Below, one piece after another: positions 56,481-63,886 of a stretch of 64,000 nucleotides of DNA. The stretch is from a virus: IMG/VR virus record IMGVR_UViG_3300020123_000589, positions 87,360-151,359 of that record, one strand, 5' to 3'. The translations under genes and the position numbers were made by a program. The notes beneath the pieces are model-generated. The model did not search any database and was not told the DNA's origin. It saw only the letters and a program-made list of their open reading frames with translations. The number at the start of each line of letters is the position of its first letter. Position 1 is the first letter of the stretch.

Positions 56481-56935
56481 CCGACGAAATTAAAGAAGTT
56501 TCTAAACCTCCTGTGGATGACATGGTGCCTTTAAAGACTCCTACAGTTCCTTTGTTTCAAATACCAGATGCCGTTCTTAACAGTATGAGTAAAGAAGTTG
56601 CCCCAGACATTGCTCAAATGACTAATCCCGTAGAATGGATCATGAAACAAAGAAAACTTGCAGAAGCTCAAGTATCGGGACCCAAAGAAACCGAAGGATT
56701 GGCTCCATTACCACCAACAATTATGAGTACTCAACCCTCAGTACAAACAGTTCCAGTACGAAAAACTAATGTTCCAAAGATTGCATGGGCAGGTCAAGAT
56801 TTGAATGAGGAAGCTTTAACGATGTTATTTTACATGGTGGTAAAAGAAGTGTCAAAAGATAAAAAGATTAAGAAGTATTTGAAGGATTTACAGATTGAAA
56901 TTTACGATATAAATAACACACTTTTATGGCCGTAA
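56477..56935 (+). CDS. Hypothetical Pro-rich protein
   Basis: ATGA overlap. Confidence 0.5.
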   Translation: MTDEIKEVSKPPVDDMVPLKTPTVPLFQIPDAVLNSMSKEVAPDIAQMTNPVEWIMKQRKLAEAQVSGPKETEGLAPLPPTIMSTQPSVQTVPVRKTNVPKIAWAGQDLNEEALTMLFYMVVKEVSKDKKIKKYLKDLQIEIYDINNTLLWP

Positions 56936-56954
56936 GGTTTGCAATTAACACACC

Positions 56955-56992
56955 CTTAAAAATATAATAAAAAGTGGTATTATTAGGAAGTA
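56955..56992 (+). promoter_or_regulatory. Conserved 38-bp element upstream of homing endonuclease (copy 4)
   Basis: CTTAAAAATATAATAAAAAGTGGTATTATTAGGAAGTA. Confidence 0.75.
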
Positions 56993-57027
56993 TGTGGCCA
57001 CCTATATTAATTTAAAAGGACAATAAT

Positions 57028-57939
57028 ATGAGACAGAAGAGTAAGAAATTTAGGCGTTGGGCAAAGCAACATAAAGATACCATCCTAACCGTATCATTAA
57101 GTGTGTTGGCAAAAAAATTTGGGTTATCCACCGTTGGTGTTTGGAAAATAAATAAGGAATTTAATATAAAAACCTCTCCAATCTTAGTAAAGAAATTCTG
57201 TATTCATGGGCATGAAATTGCTAAAGTTGGTCGCACTAAAGATGGCAAATGCAGAGAATGCAAAAGGGTACAAAGGAAAAAAACTTATATACCACATCCC
57301 CGCATTAAGAAGCAATTTTGTCCTAAAGGACATGATACTTTTATTTGTGGTAGAAGCAGCAGTTACCAATGCAATCAATGTTTAGCTGAGTATTATATGA
57401 ACAACAAATCTATAATTTCGAAAAAAGCAAAAAAGTATAAAACTGATAACAAAGAACACCTTTCTCAAAAACAACATGAATATTATTTAGAACATAAAAT
57501 AGAATTGTTACAAAAAAACAAAGAATACATTAAAAAGAATAAGAAAACCCTCGCTCCAAAGCGTAGGGAATACGAACGTAATCTCCGTAAAACAGATATT
57601 CAATATAGATTGGGTAAGAATTTACGAAGGAGACTTAAATTGGCTTTAGAAGGAAATTTTAAGGCAGGTTCCGCAGTTCGAGATCTCGGATGTACAATTG
57701 AATTCTTAATTGCTTATTTACAAGATAAATTTTATGGAAAAATATCTTGGGATAATTATGGAACTTATTGGGAAATTGACCACGTAAAAGCTTTATGGAA
57801 GTTTGATTTAACCCAACGCAGTGAGTTTTTAAATGCCGTTAATTTCACAAATCTACAGCCACTTACTAAGCCAGATCACAAAAAGAAAACCGTCAAAGAA
57901 ATGGTGGAAAGAAATAAAATGTATGCTAAATTTAAATAA
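57028..57939 (+). CDS. HNH homing endonuclease with an HTH-like segment and 2 CxxGH...CxxC repeats
   Basis: 'LGC.IE.L..YL...F....W.NYG..WEIDH.......NF.NLQPL...DH..K'; overlaps the polymerase start. Confidence 0.8.
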   Translation: MRQKSKKFRRWAKQHKDTILTVSLSVLAKKFGLSTVGVWKINKEFNIKTSPILVKKFCIHGHEIAKVGRTKDGKCRECKRVQRKKTYIPHPRIKKQFCPKGHDTFICGRSSSYQCNQCLAEYYMNNKSIISKKAKKYKTDNKEHLSQKQHEYYLEHKIELLQKNKEYIKKNKKTLAPKRREYERNLRKTDIQYRLGKNLRRRLKLALEGNFKAGSAVRDLGCTIEFLIAYLQDKFYGKISWDNYGTYWEIDHVKALWKFDLTQRSEFLNAVNFTNLQPLTKPDHKKKTVKEMVERNKMYAKFK

Positions 57940-60484
57940 TACAAATTGTCAAAAATGTCCTGCTTTGTGTAAAAGTAGGAAACAGGTCGTAAATGGGCAA
58001 GGGCCAATAGAAAATGTAAAAATTATGATAGTTGGTGAAGCTCCTGGTCCAGACGAAAACGATTCTGGACAACCCTTTGTTGGAAGGGCGGGTCAGATGC
58101 TCACAAGGCTTTTGGGCATGGCTGGTATTGATCGTTCTCATGTTCGAATCTCTAATGCTGTACGTTGCTTTCCCAAGAACGAAGATAAAAGTATTATGTC
58201 ATCTTTCAGAGCCCCAACATTTGAAGAGATTACAGCTTGCCGAGAATATTTGAAGCAGGAGATTGAAGCGATTAAGCCCAACGTGATTGTTCCTGTTGGG
58301 AGTGCTGCGTTAAGTGCCATTTTAGGTTCAAAAGCCGCAGCAGCTTCTACAAAGATTACAAAAGTACGGGGCACAGAGTTTTGGTCCGAAGAATTAAACT
58401 GTAAAATTATGCCGACTTTCCATCCCAGTTTTGTAATGAGAGATCCCAACAAGGAACCCATCGTAATTCAAGATTTTGTTCGTATTCGAGAATCCTCACA
58501 ATACAAAGAACTTTCCAAAGGTGACGAGGGAAACTACATTACGCTGGATACAATGGAGAAAGTAGATGCTTTTTTTGAACGAATGAAAGATGTGCCAAAT
58601 TTTGTGTTCGACATTGAAACAAACTCCTTGGATTGGCAAGTGGGAGAAATACTTGAAATAGCTTTTAGTTGGAAAGCAAAAACAGCTTGTGTGCTTCCCC
58701 TTACAAAATACATCGGAATTCCTTACCAAGAACTTGAAATAAGAAAAAGAAAAAGTAAGAAAAAAGTAGATGGAAAGGTTCAAGTTATGGAAGTAGAAAA
58801 GCAGGTAGCTGTAGATAAGGTGCGGGATACGTATCAACCATATTGGGGTGATAAGCAGGAATATATTTTGGGCAAGCTTAAAGAACTCCTACAATCTGAA
58901 AAAGGAAAGATTGGACAGAACCTCAAATTTGATGTGAAATGGTTCATGCAGAAAGGCTGGCAAGTGAACAATGTTATTTTTGATACGATGTTAGCTGCTC
59001 ACTTGTTGAATGAGAATAACAAGGGTGGTTTGAACCTCACAGCCCTTTCGATGCAGTACACAACGATGGGTGCATATGACGGACAAATTGAAGCGTGGTT
59101 CAAAGAAAATAAAGTGTCAGAAGCGAAACGAAACTACGCTCACGTTCCTGACGAAATTCGTTTACATTACGCTTGTATGGACGCTGATGTAACGTGGAGA
59201 CTCTTTGAAAAATTTGTTCCCCTTCTAGCTAATGAAAATCTTACCGATATTTTTAACCGTTTAATTATTCCGTTAAGTGTCACATTAACCGAAGCCGAGT
59301 TCCGTGGGGTTAAGATTGATACGACTTATTTGAAAACACTTAAACAAGAACTTGAGACGGATATTGCCGCCCTTGAAAAAAGAATTAAAGATGTTACGGG
59401 GGAGATTAATTTAAATTCCCCAGATCAACTTAGAAAGCTTTTATTCAAAGATCTTAAGTTGCCAAAAATTAAAAAGACTAAGAAAGGTGAAGATTCGACA
59501 GATGTGGAAGTATTGGGAATTTTAGCGGATATGAATCCCATTCCGCAGTTGATCCTTGATTATCGTAAGTTGGAAAAGCTTTACACAACCTACGTTGTTG
59601 GTATTGAAGAAGTATTGGACAAAGATGGGTATTTGCATGGATCGTTTAATATTACAGGAACAGAAAGTGGGAGACTTTCCAGCAGTGATCCGAACCTTCA
59701 AAATATCCCAAAGAAAGACAAACGTATTAAAAAGATGTTTCGAGCTGAAGAAGAAAATGTAATGGTGGAAGGCGACTTGTCGATGGCTGAGATAAGGTTC
59801 TGGGCTGAGTTTTCCAGGGACCCTCAACTCCTTCAGGATCTTTATAATGGGTTGGATATGCACCGAGAAGTAGCAGCTAGGATATTTAAAATTCCACCTG
59901 AACAAGTAACCGACGAACAGAGGACGTTTGCAAAGAGAACTGCTTTCGGACTATTGTATGGAATGTCGAACGACAAGTTCAGTAAGCAGAATAAATGTAG
60001 CTTGGATGATGCAGAGAAAGGCCGACAAGCATTCTTTGGTCGTTATCCAATTGCCAAACAATGGCTGTTTCATATTTCTAGAGAAGCTAGAATGAATCAG
60101 TATGTTACAAACTTGTTTGGCCGTCGAAGACATTTGCCAGGAATTAACAGTCAAGACGAAATGGTTAAGTATGAAGCAGAAGCCGCCTCAAGGAATTCTC
60201 CAATTCAAGGAACTGCTTCAGATTACGCTTGTAATGCAGCTAATCGAATTGTTCAGAAATTTAAAGAGTTGGGATTGAAAGGTAAGCTTCGAATCCTTGT
60301 ACACGACGCTATCATTATGGATATTCCAAAAGTAGAATTTGAACAGTCGATTAATATTATGCGAGAAGAGATGCAGCGTCCCGTTTGTAATATGGTTGTG
60401 CCCATGGTTGCTGATTTTTCATACGGACCAAATTGGGGAGAAATGAAAAAGTACGAATTTAAAAAGGAGACAGCAAATATATGA
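57923..60484 (+). CDS. polA: Family A DNA polymerase with an N-terminal family-4 uracil-DNA glycosylase domain (SPO1-type architecture)
   Basis: UDG: C..C..L..SR, GEAPG..E...G.PFVG.AG, N.V.C.P, HPS. Exonuclease: DIET, N.KFD, Y...D. Polymerase: GRLSS..PNLQN, DLS..E.R, R..AK...FG..YG, VHD. Confidence 0.95.
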   Translation: MLNLNNTNCQKCPALCKSRKQVVNGQGPIENVKIMIVGEAPGPDENDSGQPFVGRAGQMLTRLLGMAGIDRSHVRISNAVRCFPKNEDKSIMSSFRAPTFEEITACREYLKQEIEAIKPNVIVPVGSAALSAILGSKAAAASTKITKVRGTEFWSEELNCKIMPTFHPSFVMRDPNKEPIVIQDFVRIRESSQYKELSKGDEGNYITLDTMEKVDAFFERMKDVPNFVFDIETNSLDWQVGEILEIAFSWKAKTACVLPLTKYIGIPYQELEIRKRKSKKKVDGKVQVMEVEKQVAVDKVRDTYQPYWGDKQEYILGKLKELLQSEKGKIGQNLKFDVKWFMQKGWQVNNVIFDTMLAAHLLNENNKGGLNLTALSMQYTTMGAYDGQIEAWFKENKVSEAKRNYAHVPDEIRLHYACMDADVTWRLFEKFVPLLANENLTDIFNRLIIPLSVTLTEAEFRGVKIDTTYLKTLKQELETDIAALEKRIKDVTGEINLNSPDQLRKLLFKDLKLPKIKKTKKGEDSTDVEVLGILADMNPIPQLILDYRKLEKLYTTYVVGIEEVLDKDGYLHGSFNITGTESGRLSSSDPNLQNIPKKDKRIKKMFRAEEENVMVEGDLSMAEIRFWAEFSRDPQLLQDLYNGLDMHREVAARIFKIPPEQVTDEQRTFAKRTAFGLLYGMSNDKFSKQNKCSLDDAEKGRQAFFGRYPIAKQWLFHISREARMNQYVTNLFGRRRHLPGINSQDEMVKYEAEAASRNSPIQGTASDYACNAANRIVQKFKELGLKGKLRILVHDAIIMDIPKVEFEQSINIMREEMQRPVCNMVVPMVADFSYGPNWGEMKKYEFKKETANI

Positions 60485-60807
60485 AAGCGTCTGATTACCA
60501 GTTATGGACGGAAAGAACGGCGATTTACCCAAAGAATGAAAGCATCATTTATACCACCATTGGCCTTGCCAATGAAGCAGGTGAGTGTTTGGGGGTAGTA
60601 AAGAAAATGATGCGGGATGATAATAACGTTCTGACAGAAGAAAAGCGTACAAAGCTGATCGCTGAAGTTGGCGATGTATGTTGGTATTTGGCGCGTGTAT
60701 GTACCGAACTCGGTGTTTCTATGGAAGATGTATTTGAAATGAATATGGAAAAACTTGAAGACCGCCTAAAGCGAAATGTGATTCAAGGATCTGGGGACAA
60801 TCGTTAA
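60481..60807 (+). CDS. MazG-like nucleotide pyrophosphohydrolase
   Basis: GL..EAGE....KK, E.GDV.WY.A, N..KL..R..R..I.G.GD.R. Confidence 0.9.
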   Translation: MKASDYQLWTERTAIYPKNESIIYTTIGLANEAGECLGVVKKMMRDDNNVLTEEKRTKLIAEVGDVCWYLARVCTELGVSMEDVFEMNMEKLEDRLKRNVIQGSGDNR

Positions 60808-60947
60808 TGCTTATTTGTGATAAATGCCACATAGCAAGTGCAGACGTTCAGAAAACAGTAGATCCTTATTCCAGCGATGTAAATAATGAAACGATTGAAA
60901 TAAACCTTTGTGATGCTTGTTATTGTGAGAGGGTTTGGGATATTTAA
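60807..60947 (+). CDS. Small C4 zinc-finger protein (46 aa)
   Basis: MLICDKC...DPY...NLCDACY...DI; TAATG overlap. Confidence 0.55.
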   Translation: MLICDKCHIASADVQKTVDPYSSDVNNETIEINLCDACYCERVWDI

Positions 60948-61487
60948 ATGTTTGATTGGCTCCATAAAATAAACGTAAGAGTGTATCTTTGCCAGGCAAT
61001 GACGGGCATTAGACAGAACGTCATATATCAAAGGAATGCGTATTGCACTCGCGTCTTAGAAAAGTACGGAATCGAGGTTTGGTCCCCCGTAACCGAAGAG
61101 GGTGTAAGCCCTTCCAATAGAAAACTTGATCAGCCTTCCCAAGAACAGCTTCGAAAATTTTGGCGCAGAGATAAGTTTTTGATAAAGCACAGTCACATTC
61201 TTTTGGACATAACAGGTCCTTCACGCTCACAAGGCAGTTTGCATGAAATTGGATTGGCGCGTTATTTTATTTTCCAACCTGTAGTGAGAGTCATGAAGCT
61301 TCGTGGACCTTCAGTAGTAATTGAACAAGAAGATATTGTAACAAGTACCGTAGAACAGGCTGCGAAACTAATAGTCCAGGAATTTGGGACACCTTGGAAA
61401 AGATTGAAATGGAAATTTAAATTGTTTGGACGATGCTTCCCTGGGTATTTGAAAACACGAATAATGTGGTGGATGGATTGGATTTAA
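60948..61487 (+). CDS. Nucleoside 2-deoxyribosyltransferase-like protein
   Basis: VYL...MTG, V.SP, RD...I..S, S.GS..EIG.A. Confidence 0.65.
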   Translation: MFDWLHKINVRVYLCQAMTGIRQNVIYQRNAYCTRVLEKYGIEVWSPVTEEGVSPSNRKLDQPSQEQLRKFWRRDKFLIKHSHILLDITGPSRSQGSLHEIGLARYFIFQPVVRVMKLRGPSVVIEQEDIVTSTVEQAAKLIVQEFGTPWKRLKWKFKLFGRCFPGYLKTRIMWWMDWI

Positions 61488-61633
61488 ATCCTAAATTTGC
61501 TCAGGGCGTAATTCAATTAGTTAAAGACGGAATTTTAACTAAAGGGTACGTTCAGGGATATTTAAAAAGCAGATTGGAAATGGGGAAAATAGATAACCTT
61601 TCGTATATTGAAATTATGGATGCAATAAAATGA
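61478..61633 (+). CDS. Small hypothetical protein with a DNL-like C-terminus
   Basis: ...KIDNLSYIEIMDAIK; ATGA overlap with the next gene; start uncertain. Confidence 0.45.
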   Translation: MDLNPKFAQGVIQLVKDGILTKGYVQGYLKSRLEMGKIDNLSYIEIMDAIK

Positions 61634-62334
61634 CAAACATTTTCAAACACGAACCAGGACAATTTAGAGGGTTCTTTTCAGAAACTTTGGACAGTTTTTT
61701 GAAATCCATTCAGGCTCCGTATACAAACACGAAAGTTATAAGGCCCTCTCAGATCCATTTATGTCAGCGTTGGATTGTTGGGGATCTTCTAGGCAGAATT
61801 CCATTTGAACCAAATAGTGCTGTGCAGCAACGAGTGTTGGATAATGGAAGCTATGTACACAAACGAATCCTTCAGAAGTATTTGCCAAGGATGGGGATTG
61901 TTCCGTACATCTTAGATATTAAGAAAGGTGAACTTAAACAGTTTATCGAGGTCAGCCTAAGAGACGATTCTTTATGGTTGAAGGGTAGCCCAGACGCTTT
62001 AATTTTAAATCCTAACGATGGGCTTGTTTACGTCTTTGAATTAAAAAGTATGCGGGATGGAGAATTTAAAATACTTGAAGATGCTAAGATTGAACACATC
62101 ATGCAAGTGCATCTCTACATGTGGCTCACAAACATTCCCAGAGCAATTTTATTTTATGAAAACAAGGATAGCCAGCAGACTAAAGAGTTTGTTATCCAAA
62201 AGAGCGATATTCTTATGAATAAAATTTTAAATAAAATTAGTTTGATACAGAAGGCCGCGACAGAAAGTAATTTAAATATTCCATGCGAAAATACTTCAGT
62301 AAATGCTTGTAAATGCAGCAAGATTCTGATATAG
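61630..62334 (+). CDS. Cas4-like / PD-(D/E)xK exonuclease
   Basis: PS....C.R, G..VH, G.PD, ELKS, Q...YM, C-terminal Cys. Confidence 0.8.
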   Translation: MTNIFKHEPGQFRGFFSETLDSFLKSIQAPYTNTKVIRPSQIHLCQRWIVGDLLGRIPFEPNSAVQQRVLDNGSYVHKRILQKYLPRMGIVPYILDIKKGELKQFIEVSLRDDSLWLKGSPDALILNPNDGLVYVFELKSMRDGEFKILEDAKIEHIMQVHLYMWLTNIPRAILFYENKDSQQTKEFVIQKSDILMNKILNKISLIQKAATESNLNIPCENTSVNACKCSKILI

Positions 62335-62335
62335 T
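62307..62335 (+). promoter_or_regulatory. Sigma70-type promoter, near-leaderless to ATG 62343
   Basis: TTGTAA-17-(TGa)TATAGT. Confidence 0.6.
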
Positions 62336-62442
62336 TGAACATATGAAGCTCTTCCATCAATCCCGTAAACTCGTATACGATACAGAGACGAAAGAAATCC
62401 AAACATTCGAAGAGTTTGAAAAGCAACAGGAGAAGAAAGAAA

Positions 62443-62874
62443 ATGAGTAAAAAGATTTCAAAAGTGTATCTCGATTGGTCACGTTATCTTAAGCTGATTG
62501 ATATTCTCGCAGAGAAGATTGATTGGAAGGATGAACAGTTCAAAAGTATTGTGTCGATTAATCGTGGTGGAAATATTATTGGAACAATTCTTTCCCACAA
62601 AACTGGAATCCCTTTAGTTGTGTTGAACAAAGCTGGAATTATTTATGAACGTGAGAAGTTTCTTGTCGTCGATGATATCGCTCACACAGGCTCTACTCTC
62701 GCCAATACCATTTATCTTTCCCAGGGAGCTAGGCTGGAATATCATCCTTTGGAATACGCTAACAAAGATTTCAAGATTGCAACGCTGCATTACAGGAAAG
62801 AATCAAAAGTGATGCCGGACTTCTTTGTTGAAACAGTTAACAAATGGATCGTCTATCCCTATGAATGTGCTTGA
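62443..62874 (+). CDS. Type I phosphoribosyltransferase (purine PRT-like)
   Basis: I.RGG, PRPP loop LVVDDIAHTGST, W.VYPYE. Confidence 0.85.
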   Translation: MSKKISKVYLDWSRYLKLIDILAEKIDWKDEQFKSIVSINRGGNIIGTILSHKTGIPLVVLNKAGIIYEREKFLVVDDIAHTGSTLANTIYLSQGARLEYHPLEYANKDFKIATLHYRKESKVMPDFFVETVNKWIVYPYECA

Positions 62875-63064
62875 TATTTTGTGTAAGTGTGGGCATTCTT
62901 TTTCACAACATCAAAGGGAACAGGATAGTAGCAGTTGCGTTTGTATTGTTCCTTCTATGGGAAAATCAAGTGATTGGGAACAATGGGCAGATAAGTGTAT
63001 GAAGTATGTTCCAGACAATCTCACCCACATTGAACAATTAGCAAAACAGAAAGGACTTGTATGA
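62861..63064 (+). CDS. Zn-finger + DNL-tail family member 9
   Basis: CKCGHSFSQH...CVC...C.KYVPDNLTHIEQLAKQKGLV. Confidence 0.75.
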   Translation: MNVLDILCKCGHSFSQHQREQDSSSCVCIVPSMGKSSDWEQWADKCMKYVPDNLTHIEQLAKQKGLV

Positions 63065-63402
63065 AAAAAATCTATAACACAACCGTTAAAACCAAAGCCA
63101 AATATTATAAGAAATTTTCGGACTTAGTTGGCAAACAATTTTTACATGGGGGAGATAAATACAAACTTGAAGGCTTTTCTGACCGCGAGGCGACGGATGT
63201 TATTAGTTCCGTATTTGGTGGAGAGCTTGGGGATCAATGGATTTTGGGCACCATTTTAAAATATTTATTTCGATGGAACAATTTTCATCGAGAGAAAGAT
63301 ATTTTAAAGATGGCGACTTATTTGTATCTTCTTTGGGTCAAGCAAGGATTCCACTTACAAAAAATACACGATGAAGATATAAAGAAAAACAATGAACGCT
63401 AA
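63061..63402 (+). CDS. DUF3310-like protein
   Basis: HG..KY, G..LKY..RW....D..K...Y. Confidence 0.5.
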   Translation: MKKIYNTTVKTKAKYYKKFSDLVGKQFLHGGDKYKLEGFSDREATDVISSVFGGELGDQWILGTILKYLFRWNNFHREKDILKMATYLYLLWVKQGFHLQKIHDEDIKKNNER

Positions 63403-63886
63403 TTACGTTAAATATTTTAAAACTTACAAAAGATACCGTAAGAAAAATGCCAAAATTCGAGCGGCCAAACAACGGGAATATTATCGTAAACATACAAAAC
63501 GAATTTTAAAACAGCATAAAAAATATAACGAAACTCATAAACGTTCTTACAAGCAAACTAAGAAAATTTTGAAAAAATATAGGGTAACAATTAAAGGCCG
63601 CTTTGCGACATTAAAATCTCAGGCTAAGAAAAAGAACTTAAAAGTTAAATTAACTTTGGAACAGTACGCAAAATTAATAAGCCAGTCATGTTATTATTGT
63701 AAAGGACCTCTAAACGAAACTGGATGTGGGTTAGACCGTATAAACAATTCTAAAGGATATTTATTAAACAACGTTGTTCCTTGTTGCAGAAATTGTAATA
63801 TTATGAAAAATAGCTTTTTAACTTTTGAAGAAATGATCGTAGCTATGAAAGCCGTTTTGAAACTACGAAAATCGAAAGAAGGATAA
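63392..63886 (+). CDS. HNH-type homing endonuclease, paralogue of 31056
   Basis: C.YC.G......GLDRI.N.KGY...NVVPCC..CN.MK. Confidence 0.8.
   Translation: MNANYVKYFKTYKRYRKKNAKIRAAKQREYYRKHTKRILKQHKKYNETHKRSYKQTKKILKKYRVTIKGRFATLKSQAKKKNLKVKLTLEQYAKLISQSCYYCKGPLNETGCGLDRINNSKGYLLNNVVPCCRNCNIMKNSFLTFEEMIVAMKAVLKLRKSKEG

Noticed and set aside
39780-60484. Introns or inteins in dnaB, recA or polA
   Set aside because: All are uninterrupted and of normal length. The endonucleases are free-standing between genes.
61630-62334. CRISPR-Cas locus
   Set aside because: A solo Cas4-like nuclease is common in phages. No other cas genes or repeat-spacer array were seen.
588-62426. Numerous minus-strand and nested short ORFs in the track
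   Set aside because: They lie antisense to or inside well-supported + strand genes and show no motifs. Only 27737..28375 is accepted on the minus strand.
24952-63064. Diversity-generating retroelement or DNA-level repeat explaining the DNL family
   Set aside because: No reverse transcriptase or template repeat in the window. The copies differ at all base types and at synonymous positions.
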